Source: a virus
Taxonomy: Duplodnaviria; Caudoviricetes
DNA: 59,932 nucleotides
IMG/VR virus record: IMGVR_UViG_3300042560_001663
Span: 1 to 59,932 of that record
Strand: one strand, 5' to 3'
The position numbers and the translations under genes were made by a program. Below are positions 49,746 through 59,932 of the stretch, in pieces (position 1 is the stretch's first letter; the number at the start of each line of letters is the position of its first letter). Under the pieces are notes generated by a model. That model was not told where the DNA came from. It ran no database searches and saw nothing but the letters and a program-made list of their open reading frames with translations.

Positions 49746-51019
49746 TAGAAAGTTCCTCTGTGTGTATGAGAGTATTATAGGGCATCAAGGGGCATCTGTG
49801 AAGTGCCTCTGTACAAGTTCTTCAAGTGTTTTCTATTCTCAATACAAACCATCCCTTCTTTGTCTGTTTTTTCTTTTCCTATCCATAAAATATTCAAGAA
49901 CACCAAATCCCATAGAAATAATAATATATGGAAGTAGGATTATCACAATAAATTCAATCATCAGGTGTCTCAACTATAATTGAAGTGTAAATGAGTTTGC
50001 CAAATACCAAAAGATTTCTCTCTCAACATATAAGCAATCACATCAGGAAGAAATCGTGTGTATTTGTCAAGAAATTCCCGTTCTTCAAGTTCTTCTGTTC
50101 CTTGTAGATAAAAATCAATATCTACAAACTTCTCCCATCTTTTCTGGAAATAATCTTCTGGATATGATGGAGAGTTATTGCGGGAGATTTGTAGGAAGAT
50201 AGTTCTACCTTCACCAGTCCCATAATAATCAATCACATAATACTTGTAGAATGGTTCAGTCATAATCCAATGTTTCTCACATATTCGTGTGCTGTTACTA
50301 TTTTTTGAAGGTCATTAACTTGACTTTTAAGTTCTTCAACTTCTTGTTTAAGTTCCCAAATATAATCCTTCAAGTTCCACTCAACATCACCAATCAGTTG
50401 AAATAGTTCTTCAAGTGTGAGTTCGTGATTGCGAGTTTCACTCCACTTTGCTCGTTCAGGTCTTTCACTCATAGTCATTATCCAATAAAGAGATTTGTAG
50501 AAATGTCGTAAAAGTATTGAGGTGGTTCGTCTGGTTTCTTTTCTGGTTCTGGTTGATAAGAACTTTGTGGTTTTTGTTGAGTTTTTAGATACTCTTTGAC
50601 TTCTTCCACACTCATTTCGTGAAGTTTTGGTTGTTCAGTCATTATTCTTCCTCACTCGTTCAAGAAACTCATCTGCTTGGTTACGAAGACCTTCAATCAA
50701 TCCCTCAATATCCTCAATCGCAATATTATTATACTCCCGATTGAGATATTCACAACGAATAGCATCAATCATACTTTCCATTGCAATAATCTGTTGATGC
50801 TCTGGTGTGATTGGTGTGCCGTGAGGAAGTCCAGAAGTTTCAAAATTGTGAAAGTCATTATATCGTTGCAGAATACGATTACTCTTCTCACGACGTTCTG
50901 CTTCCTCAAACATCGCATCAGGATAAGGTTCGCAGTCCATAATGTTCCTTTGATTTCTTCTATTATACAACAAAAAAGGGCACCTGTGAAGTGCCCGTGT
51001 TCCAGTTTGTTAGGTGTCC

Positions 51020-51721
51020 TTATGATATTCTAACTCTTTGAGAAGTGTCTATACCTCGTGCTCTTTGATATCCTGTTAAAGTTCCAGGATGAGTAATAAA
51101 TCCAGTTTCTAAACACATCCACTTTTGAGAATTTGTAATTTTAGCATTCTCACTTCTTTGTTCTTTACTTAACGCAAATATACCAACTCCAAGTTCTTTT
51201 GCTTTTTTACCACCTATTCCTGTTTTACCTCCTTTACTGCTTGCTTTTTTCTTTTCTTCTTCGGGCATAGAAAAAAATCCAACACCAAGTTCTTTTGTTC
51301 TTTGACCTCCTTTTTTACCTCCAATTTTTCCAGCATTTTTTGAAAATTGAATTCTCTCTTCTTTTGAATATTTGAAGAAACCTCTTCTTAATTCATAATT
51401 CATCTTACCAACTTCTCTTTTTACATCAAGAGAAACCATACCACCACAATTTTCATTCAAACACCATTTATCGGTATTAAAAAATGGTTTGATTAATCTT
51501 TCTTCAACTTTATTTGCTTCCAACCAACCTTCATCGGTATAATCAAACATCTCTAATATTTGCTTCTTTGGAGTATAAAGTTCCCAACACCATTTGTTTG
51601 TTTTTGGAGAACCCCAATAATCATCATTAAAATATTTTTCCTTATGAACTCCATAATAGTAATATGGAACTTCTTCAAAAGTAATTTTATACAAGTATAT
51701 TCTTGGACTTTGTGAAGTCAT
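51020..51721 (-). mobile_element. Free-standing GIY-YIG-like homing endonuclease
   Basis: IYLYKITF...YYYGVHK...YWGS...E..LI...CLNEN catalytic-domain pattern; repeated GGK...KELGVG.F..S.EE modules. Confidence 0.7.
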
Positions 51722-51729
51722 CGTAATCT

Positions 51730-51810
51730 TGTTAGAACGGCATTATTATTTATAATAGAAAAGGTGCCCGAAAGCACCTAATCTGTCCGTAGAGAATTGC
51801 CGTTCCAACA
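51730..51810 (-). promoter_or_regulatory. Leader switch: outer stem + UUCG hairpin + TATAAATA late promoter
   Basis: Arms 51798-51810 / 51730-51742 (13 bp, one G-U); inner hairpin 51762-51779; TATAAATA 51747-51754. Confidence 0.75.
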
Positions 51811-52782
51811 GACATTTTTATTTATCAGTATCTTCTTTATTCTGTTTTTCTTTGAGTTTTTTTAATTGTTCTCTGCCATAATTCGTTAATTCGTGTTTTT
51901 TGTTGCGGAGTTCTTCTACTTCTTCTGGATTGAGTAGAAACCCATCAGGAATGTGACCGTATTCTTCAATCATTGTTGTTTATAAAAAAATAAATGTATC
52001 CAACGATTAATCCAATAGGTAGCAGTTACAAGAAACAACCATAATCCGATAAGACCAAAAAATAGAATAAACTCTTTAAGTTGTTCATTAGACATTTTTT
52101 TCACCCATATCGTTCATTTTGTTCCATAGCATATTCTTTTTGATATTCCAGTTCCCTTTCAAGATACTCAATTTGTTCTTTGAGTTCTTTATTTTGCAGA
52201 TAGAGTTCCTCCAAGTGTGATGTGAGTTTATATGCGTTAATTTCGCACATTTCATAGACACCATCGGTTGTAAGGTCTCCAAAGATAGTTCTCCAATCGT
52301 CGGTTCTGTCAGTCATAATATGTATTACAATTCCCATAATTTAAATAATACCAGAACAGTTCTCTCATTCTATCATCGTCTGTAAATCCGTCAAGATGGT
52401 TCCACATATGATTTCTCCAACTATACACACAATACTCAAAAAGATGGATTGATGTATAGATGTTCCACTTTTTCCAAGTGTCATTGTTCATCGCAGTTTC
52501 CTTTTTATTTTGGTAAGGCAATCATTAAAACCTTCTACACTACACTCAACATAAGCATTTTGACTTCCTGCTGCTGATTGTTCTTTCGGTAACCATTCTT
52601 CAATCTGTTCTACAAGTGTTTCAATGTTCTGCCCTGATGGATTGTTGTTGGTAAAGATTTCATCCCACCAATCAGCAATAATCTCATAAAGAGTAGTGGG
52701 TTTTGGTTTTTCTACTTTTTGATACTTTTCTCCACGAAAATAGATACAATCTCCGTCTTTGAGAATAACAGAGGGGTCAATT

Positions 52783-53376
52783 TCAGTCATACTTTCCACC
52801 TTTTACTTCATTAAACCAAAGTCCTTCAAGAAGACGACGAGTTTCACCATCAATAATCTGCACCAACTTCACACGACTAACATCAACAGTAATATCTCCC
52901 TTTCTCTTATACCAAATAACAGAAGTTGGATATTCCAGACGATAATAAATCTCATCATTATAAGAGACAACCTCACCCTCAACAGTATCTTCAAGGTTCA
53001 TTCTTGGTTGAGATTTATCATTATAATCATCTTCTCTTACCTTCTCTTTGTATGCAAAATGAAAACCTGCTTGGAAACCTTGCCACCTCATTTCATCATA
53101 CTCGGAATCAGTTTCCAATTCAGGATATTGCCCCCACCAATCTTTGTATGCTTCTTCTACTGGTGATTTTGTTTTTTCCAGTTCTTCCAGAAGGGAAAGT
53201 TTGGATTTGAGCATTTTGATTTCTTGTTTTAGAAGTTCAATTTCTTTATTGGAATTCATTTGTTTAAGATAAGGAGTAGCATCCATCACACCATCTTTGA
53301 TTGCTTGTCTAAAAGCATTACGCAATCCATCGGCAACTTCTTCGGGATGCTGTGGTTTTGGTTGAAATTCAGTCAT
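52783..53376 (-). CDS. Hypothetical protein (197 aa) with coiled coil
   Basis: ORF track; overlapping start/stop with neighbours. Confidence 0.65.
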   Translation of the reverse strand: MTEFQPKPQHPEEVADGLRNAFRQAIKDGVMDATPYLKQMNSNKEIELLKQEIKMLKSKLSLLEELEKTKSPVEEAYKDWWGQYPELETDSEYDEMRWQGFQAGFHFAYKEKVREDDYNDKSQPRMNLEDTVEGEVVSYNDEIYYRLEYPTSVIWYKRKGDITVDVSRVKLVQIIDGETRRLLEGLWFNEVKGGKYD

Positions 53377-54377
53377 TATTCGTCAGTCCTACTTCAAGTC
53401 CTTCCATTCTTCCCATATTATACCCCACAACAAACGCAGAGTGCAACCACTTGTGCATCAAATCCTGACGGGTCTTCACATCTTCTACTTCTGCATCACC
53501 ATAGAACCACTCGGATCGTAAGGAAAAACCACCATCAAGGTCATTAAACCATTCCTGAAATGCGTCTTCAATTGTATCATCAAAGTCCCAATCAGCAGTA
53601 GGATGGTTAGTCATTTTAAAATAACCTCCGTGCCTAAATTAACACAATACATAATCATATAGAAACCGAATATAGCAAGAAGAGTAAGTGGTTTGTTTCT
53701 TAAATGTTGTGCCAGGAAAAGATTACCAACAATAAGATAGAGATCTGATTTACTCATAATGTATCAAAAGGTTGTTGTGGATCTTTGTGCCAACTTCTAT
53801 TGTAAGTAAGCCATTCTTCTTTTTGATGAGTCATCTGTGCCATCCAGTGTCTTCCGTCTTCATCAATCGCATCAAGATAATGAATACGGGTCTTTGGATC
53901 AATCACTCGTGTGATGTGTGTGAATTTTACTTCGTTAGTCATTTTTAACTCCCACTATGTTCATAAGATGCGTGTTCATATCCCTCACTATACCCTCTAT
54001 CATATCCATCGTTGTATCCATCTTCGTGCATTGTTAGGGCAAACTTCAAGAGTTGTTCTTCCCAACAATCCCAGTAATTAGATTGTGTCCCATCATCCTT
54101 TTCTCCCACAAATTCATCAAATCCACAAGTTTTAGCAAGTTTAAGGATTTCTTCGTTAGTCATTTCACAAAATCCCCAACCACAGGAATAGGACCACAAA
54201 TCTCATTAACAAAACTTTTTGTATTATTTTTGAGTGTTTGACGACACTCCAAGTTCTTATTGTATGTTTGTTGAAAAAGTGTTCGTTGTTGTTGCTCACT
54301 ATAAGTGATAATAGCACCAGCAACGATTACAATAAAAAATACAGACAAAACTGCCCAATCAATTTCATTAAAGTTTT

Positions 54378-54554
54378 TCATAGGTTTTCAATCTCCTCAC
54401 ACAATTCCAACACATCAGCACACATAATCACACCAGGGCTTTGTTGGAGTTGGTTGATAACTTCACGGAGAGCAGCAGCAACTCCGTCCTGTGGATAGTT
54501 GTAAGTATCCTCTGCTTTGTATGCTTCCATAATCCGTTGTGCTCTTTCAGTCAT
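54378..54554 (-). CDS. Small helical protein, dispersed paralog family (58 aa)
   Basis: Not in track. MTERAQRIMEAYKAEDTYNYPQDGVAAALREVINQLQQSPGVIMCADVLELCEEIENL. Confidence 0.75.
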   Translation of the reverse strand: MTERAQRIMEAYKAEDTYNYPQDGVAAALREVINQLQQSPGVIMCADVLELCEEIENL

Positions 54555-54737
54555 CGTTCATCATCCTCCACAGGAAACCCATCCATCTCTTTTAGCTTCT
54601 TTACTATACCAATAATCAAAATACCACACTCTAAAATCACAACGATAATATTGAACTAAACCAAACTCATTTGCATCCTCTTTTGTTGGACTATGAGTGT
54701 AGATGAGGTCTTTGGTGTCTAATACATTTTTAGTCAT

Positions 54738-54944
54738 TTAGAGTGCCTCCACATCATAAGAAATACAATTTAGTTCATCAGCAATATGAGTAAGCCAAGG
54801 TTCATCTTCAAGAATTCCACTTCTATGAATATTGGAAGAAATCACACGAATAGCATTACCAAGTGCTTTCTTCATATCCTCTGTGGGTTCATCTTTAAGA
54901 TTTGCTTTGAATGTTTCCCAGATTTGGTATGCTTGGTTAGTCAT
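54738..54944 (-). CDS. Small helical protein, dispersed paralog family
   Basis: MTNQAYQIWETF...EPTEDMKKALGNAIR closely matches MNNKAQTIWKAF...EPTDDMREALATAVR of 48843..49043. Confidence 0.7.
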   Translation of the reverse strand: MTNQAYQIWETFKANLKDEPTEDMKKALGNAIRVISSNIHRSGILEDEPWLTHIADELNCISYDVEAL

Positions 54945-56873
54945 TTCAGTTGTCCTCTCTCAAACGAATACTACCTTCAATCTCACCTCGCATATCATAA
55001 AAATACTCTTTGGCAGTAGAAAGGCACCAGTTATCATAGTCCTTTTGTGTTGGATTTCCTTCGGTTTCTTGAAGCCGAAATTGTTCCCACATTTCCAAGA
55101 ACTCATCTACGGAAAGTGTGTATTCCAGAGAAACATATGCTACTTTGGGAATTATGTGATTAGACATAGAAGGAAAATTTTGGACTGCGATGAGAAGGTC
55201 GTTTCCAGTAAGCATAAGAGGTGTCTGTGTGTATGAGAGTATTATAAGGCACTCACAGGGTCTGTGGTGAGGTCTTGTGACGGTTTAGAAAGTGTCTTCG
55301 TATTTCAGTTTTAAAACAAATATTACAATCAGGGATATGATACTTACTGAATGCCAAATTTGTTCATCAGTCATAATAAACATCCTCCTCATAAGCAACA
55401 TAGTCAGTTTGAAGATGGCAGAAGAAATCTCCACCACTATCTTCTGGGTGTGTCATAGTATAACACCATTCATCAAAGATTTCTCCTACCCACCACCAGC
55501 CAACTTGGATTTTCTCAAAGAAGTTCATAGGACGATTGTAGAGTTTCGTCATCGGGCACCTTCTTTAATCATTTTACGCATCGTTGTTTCAAAAATAATG
55601 TCTTTTTCCAGTTCGTATGGTGATGCTACTTGGAGATAGGTTTGATACTGATGCTCGTTGAGGTCTTTGGAAGGAATGCAACCATTATAAGAGATGATTT
55701 TTTGGATTGCTTTTTCAATTGGTTCTTCATAAACCCCTTTGAAGATAAACATCAGTTATTCTTCATCCTCCTCATCATCACTCCCCCAGTCAATCTCAAC
55801 GGTTTCAAACTGCTCTACATTAGTGTAAGGCATAGGATTTGCAGGTCCTCCCATCTCATAATGGATTTTATCAAACAATTCTCCAAGCACTAAACTCTCA
55901 AATGCTTCCTGGTCTGGATAATCCTCCCAGTCCTCAAACATTTCAGTTGTGGGAGCAACTGTGAGAGTTCGGGTGTAAGTTACTGTGACTGCTTTGAGTT
56001 GGATTTTAGTCATTCTTCATCCTCAACAGGGAACATAGCATCATACTCTTCATCAGTTAGTGTGAGATACTGGACATCAGCATCTTGATGTTCTTCGGCA
56101 TACATCAGTTGGTAATGTGCAAAGGAACTTTCAGAAGTGCTGGCATATTCTACAAGACCATCAACAAGGCAGAGGTAGTTCATTTCAGTTCAGAATAATT
56201 GCTAACTCGGTGTTGTTGTCTTTGTATGAAGAACTTACGATGTCTTGAACTTCTATATCATAAACATCCTCAAAACCAATACCAGATGTTTTAACTACGA
56301 TAGTGTCATCAGGAACCTCAAGATTGACGAGAGCATCAATTAGTTGTTTTTTAGTGAGTGACATCAGTTTCTTTGTGTATGAGAGTATTATAAGGCAAAA
56401 AGGGCACCTGTGGAGATGCCCTGTGCCAGTTCTTCAAGTGTCCTATTTAAGTTCATCTTCTTGTCTTTCAATTTCAAAAGTTTCGTTGAGAAACTCAATT
56501 GCGTATTTTCCTACTACGAATGCATCTTTATCTTCAAAGAACCTAGTGCCGATGGTTCTCATATCATAACCTTCTTTGTGTTTATCAAAGAAAGCAATCA
56601 CATAGCAGTTTTCACTACCATCAGTGTTCTCATACCAACTAACCAGTTCATATTTGTTGTTGTATTTACTGAAACGAAATTCAATCTTACGAAATCTCAT
56701 TGTTCTCCAACATAGTTTTGATTTGTTTGAGATCTTCTACCCTTTGTTTAGCAATGTCATACTCCTCACAATACCAATCAATGTTATTGTTCTCATAATT
56801 GGTTTCCTCCCTAATGTCCCATTCAAGACATTGTAGATGTCCTTCTTGATCGTTGATGAAGTAGTTGAGAGTT

Positions 56874-57149
56874 TCAATGAGTGACATTTTCAGGAGCAGG
56901 AGGAGGGGGAACAGGTGGAAGTTGTGTAGGTTGTGGTGCGACTTGTGGAGTTTGAGTGGGAAGTGCTATAGGTTGTGGAACGACTTGTGGTTGTTGTGTT
57001 TCTTCAAGTTGTTTTTCAAGTTGTTGAACTTTTTCTTCAAGTTGTGGAGTAGTTGATTGATTGTCTTGTGAAAGTTTATATCCAGCAGCCCCAGCAGCAA
57101 AGATACTTGCAAGTGCCGCACACACAGAAACAGTCTTAGAAAAACTCAT
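56874..57149 (-). CDS. Membrane-anchored Pro/Gln-rich protein
   Basis: N-terminal hydrophobic helix, short coiled coil, P/Q-rich tail. Confidence 0.65.
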   Translation of the reverse strand: MSFSKTVSVCAALASIFAAGAAGYKLSQDNQSTTPQLEEKVQQLEKQLEETQQPQVVPQPIALPTQTPQVAPQPTQLPPVPPPPAPENVTH

Positions 57150-57567
57150 TTTGGATCAGCAAGTTTGTAGGGGAACTCTTTGCCCGACAACTCATCATAC
57201 AGCAGTCGGGCAAAGATGATGTGGGGTCTTGTGCCAGTTTCAATTGCGGACGATGTGGCAACAGTCCACATAATATCAAGGTTTTTTTTATCAGGTAAGG
57301 GTTTCATCCAACTCATTCAAACGATCAAAGTTCCAAGTTCTTTCAATCAATCCAATATCAAATCCAAACTTATAAGCCCAGAAGAGAATACTTAAGGTGC
57401 TTCCACTTCCAGACTTGATTTGTAGATAAGGCCAAGATGGATAATCATTCCAACTTACAGATACTTGAAGCAAACTCCAACGATTGATGTTTAAGATTTG
57501 CACATAGTATTCGTGTCCAAAATCTTCACGATGATTATACTTAATCAAAAATTTGCGTTTATTAAAT

Positions 57568-57768
57568 TTAATCAAGTTCATACAGTTCCTCCGCAATTTT
57601 TAATAGATCATCTTTATCCAGAACAATTAAATCGTTCTGGGCATTATAAGTTTTTACAAAATTAGAGGCAGTCAAAAGAACAGCAGAAACTAACTTTTCT
57701 TCAGTATCAGCACCATTATTGCGACATTCCCATACTGCATTCATAAACTCCTTTGCTCTGTCTGTCAC
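57568..57768 (-). CDS. Small helical protein, dispersed paralog family
   Basis: MTDRAKEFM...VLDKDDLLKIAEEL. Confidence 0.65.
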   Translation of the reverse strand: MTDRAKEFMNAVWECRNNGADTEEKLVSAVLLTASNFVKTYNAQNDLIVLDKDDLLKIAEELYELD

Positions 57769-58199
57769 ACTCCCTCCTCAAGATTAGTTTGTTGGACTTC
57801 TTCTTCGGTATATTCTACAGTTCCCATAGGTCCTTTAGGTGCTTTCATCAGTCGTGCAATCTCTTCCTCACGGATTTTATATTCCTGAAACTTATCTTCA
57901 AGGTCTTCATCCATCGTCAGTTCATATTCCTTGCAAACTTTGCGTTGGTCTTCTTCACTTACCCAATCATTAAACACCAGAGACATTGCACCACTACGGA
58001 TACTTTTGGGGTCCATACCAACACACAACATAAACTTCTCAAACAGTTTGAAATACTGCTTTGCGTTCAAGTCTGCAGCAGGTGCAGTAATCAGGTAGTG
58101 CTCTTCAGGAATATAATCATCACCAGTCCACGATGATGTTCCATAAGTTGGTGTGAATGTGGCATCAAATTGCAATCGGACTTCGGCAGAATAAGTCAT
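57765..58199 (-). CDS. Hypothetical protein (144 aa)
   Basis: First ORF after the promoter element at 58223-58263, which also has TTGACT-17-TATAGT. Confidence 0.7.
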   Translation of the reverse strand: MTYSAEVRLQFDATFTPTYGTSSWTGDDYIPEEHYLITAPAADLNAKQYFKLFEKFMLCVGMDPKSIRSGAMSLVFNDWVSEEDQRKVCKEYELTMDEDLEDKFQEYKIREEEIARLMKAPKGPMGTVEYTEEEVQQTNLEEGV

Positions 58200-58682
58200 T
58201 GGAGTGGTGTTTCAATACAGATACTATAAAACCCCTGACTGGTAAAGTCAAGGGCAAGTGGACGGTTTTTAAATTGGACTATGAAGATAGAATTGATCGG
58301 CAAATCCTTTTACAAACTTGTTGATTGTCATCACATTCAATCAAACAATTATAATAATCATTAATCATATCATTTTGTTCGTTTGCCCTCTCTATAGTTT
58401 GGTTTAAATGATCCAAATTTTGTTTCCATCCAGCCAGTTGATTATAAGAAATTAAGTTGTGCATAATAACCCCCAATGCACAAAGAACATCATAACAAAG
58501 TTTGGTTTTCGTTCATAGGTTTTCTCACTCCATCATTCTATCACTATTTAGATATTATGTCAGGGTTTCTTAACATAACTTATTCTGCGTCTCTTCTACC
58601 AATCAAATATCCAAGATAAAGACCACATAAAAATGCAATAAAAAAATAAAGTTCTTTAGATACAAATTCAATCATTTCCATA

Positions 58683-59381
58683 TTAATATTTGATTGTCTG
58701 AAAGAAACCATTCTTTTCTACAATTGCTGTTGTTGAGTCAACGAAATCACCGCAGCACATATACTCAATCTTATCAAACTTTCTCATATTGTTATGGTGT
58801 ATGTGACCACAGATAATGCCCTTATAATCTCCTTTCTGCCTACAATAGTTTGCTAAGTCAGTTTCATATTGATTGATATAATTCTTTCCTTTGATTGTAT
58901 TCTTCAGTGCATAAACCAAAGAAAACCTAAAAATCTTTTCTAAAAACAAACTCATTGGAGTAATGAATTCATATCCCCAATTAAAGCAGAGTTGTTTCCA
59001 AGAACCAGAAGAGAATTCAGAGTGTTGATCTCCGTGTGTGCAAAGATACTTATCTCCATCTTTTGTTTTATACACATATTCTTCAACCATTTTAAAGTTC
59101 TTGTGCTCAAAAGGACAGTATCTCCTCAACATTCCTTCGTGATTTCCAGGAATATAAATGACTTCTACACCTTTCTTTGCAAGGTTTAAAATTTGATGCA
59201 CACATTCAGTATGTTCCTTTTTCCAATGCGTATTATATTTTTCCATACAATACACATCAATAATATCTCCAACCAAGATCAGTTTCTTGGTTTTGATTTC
59301 TTTGAGAAACTTATGAAACTTTTTGACATTGCACCGAGTCACTCCAAGGTGAACATCTGACACGAAGACTGCATCAAACAT
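58683..59381 (-). CDS. Calcineurin-like metallophosphoesterase, LpxH/UDP-2,3-diacylglucosamine hydrolase-like
   Basis: SDVHLG, VGDIID, PGNHE, HGD, CGHIH metal-binding motifs. Confidence 0.85.
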   Translation of the reverse strand: MFDAVFVSDVHLGVTRCNVKKFHKFLKEIKTKKLILVGDIIDVYCMEKYNTHWKKEHTECVHQILNLAKKGVEVIYIPGNHEGMLRRYCPFEHKNFKMVEEYVYKTKDGDKYLCTHGDQHSEFSSGSWKQLCFNWGYEFITPMSLFLEKIFRFSLVYALKNTIKGKNYINQYETDLANYCRQKGDYKGIICGHIHHNNMRKFDKIEYMCCGDFVDSTTAIVEKNGFFQTIKY

Positions 59382-59612
59382 TTTGGTTTTCCTCCAATTC
59401 TTTCATAAGTTCTTTTGCAAGTTTCATTGAACGACGATGCATACTATACCGTGCCCAGGGTGTTTTGGGATGATACATTACAATCCATTTATATTTCTCA
59501 TACTGAAATTTGATGAGATTGATGACAAATAAAAATGCCTTTGCGACACTCTGATCTGTGCAAATCAGGTATGCAGCAAAAGCAAAGAGTATTAAGTATA
59601 TGTATTGGGAAG

Positions 59613-59822
59613 TCACTTAATGATATTCCAGTGTGTGTCGTTCTCTTTATTTAACCAGAAACAATACCTCTTGTTAATGGATACTACAAAGAGTTCAGTT
59701 TCAGTCTCTTGTTCCACTTCCATTGCGTGTAGAGAATCCATCTGATTTATAAAACGATTTTTTGCCTTTGAACTTTTAGGAGCAACGTTGATTAAGTGAC
59801 GTTTGGTTTTCATAGAGTTCAT
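59613..59822 (-). CDS. Hypothetical protein, paralog of 25517..25711
   Basis: Shared PKS.KA.NRF.N.M and FW....ND..W motifs. Confidence 0.7.
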   Translation of the reverse strand: MNSMKTKRHLINVAPKSSKAKNRFINQMDSLHAMEVEQETETELFVVSINKRYCFWLNKENDTHWNIIK

Positions 59823-59845
59823 TGTTTTTCAACCCCCACAAAGGG

Positions 59846-59874
59846 ATTATACAGAGATTGGTAGAGTGTGTCAA
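59846..59874 (-). promoter_or_regulatory. Perfect consensus sigma70 promoter TTGACA-17-TATAAT
   Basis: -35 at 59869-59874, -10 at 59846-59851. Confidence 0.85.
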
Positions 59875-59932
59875 GTACATACTATAAAACCCCCAGCAGA
59901 AGACTGTGGGGGTTAGTGGACGGTTTATGAGG

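Larger units (their letters stand above)
21547..59921 (-). repeat. Dispersed family of 25 palindrome + -10 box early promoter elements
   Basis: Proximal half-site (GTGCCA or variant on +) starts at 21582, 21882, 22361, 24959, 26077, 26877, 27237, 28235, 30751, 31116, 34278, 34875, 37755, 38406, 39840, 42016, 46239, 49563, 49811, 50999, 55277, 56423, 57231, 58258, 59916; each has a TAnnnT box on the minus strand 29-32 nt downstream, followed by an ORF start. Confidence 0.85.

Noticed and set aside
21547-59921. Repeat family as a CRISPR array
   Set aside because: Copies are degenerate, hundreds to thousands of bp apart and separated by intact genes; no cas genes seen.
21547-59921. Repeat family as true integron attC sites
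   Set aside because: No RYYYAAC/GTTRRRY cores and no tyrosine recombinase in the window; fixed spacing to -10 boxes favours a promoter role. Only the analogy is kept.
1-59932. tRNA genes, reverse transcriptase/DGR, photosynthesis genes
   Set aside because: None recognised by eye; tRNAscan-SE and HMM searches would be needed to exclude them formally.

Overview
Segment of a large T4-like myophage genome, most consistent with a cyanophage (inferred from gene content and order; host not determinable here). Essentially all real genes are on the minus strand; the + strand ORFs in the track are shadows. Positions 1-18.1 kb are a late structural block: partial virion protein, repetitive tail-fibre-like protein, 4047-aa baseplate wedge protein, gp6 and gp25. 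Positions 18.1-20.8 kb hold small conserved-type genes and a glycosyltransferase-like gene. Positions 20.8-23.3 kb are unusually non-coding, with a G10 tract, a terminator, an H-type pseudoknot, divergent sigma70 promoters, 34-bp-period repeats and an AT-rich tract (candidate origin). Positions 21.5-59.9 kb are an early/accessory region of many small ORFs, punctuated by 25 copies of one element: an inverted repeat GTG.CA.TT-N3/5-AA.TG.CAC placed 29-32 nt upstream of a -10 box, often with a terminator hairpin in the spacer. This region also carries two nuclease+methyltransferase pairs (one PvuII-like), further PD-(D/E)xK nuclease candidates, an SF2 helicase, a ligase-fold protein, late-promoter islands encoding proteins with T4-type capsid-targeting N-termini (one a GNAT acetyltransferase), and two GIY-YIG-type endonucleases sharing the same 5' RNA-switch architecture and the same variant of the repeat at their 3' ends. 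All calls were made by eye; no searches were run.
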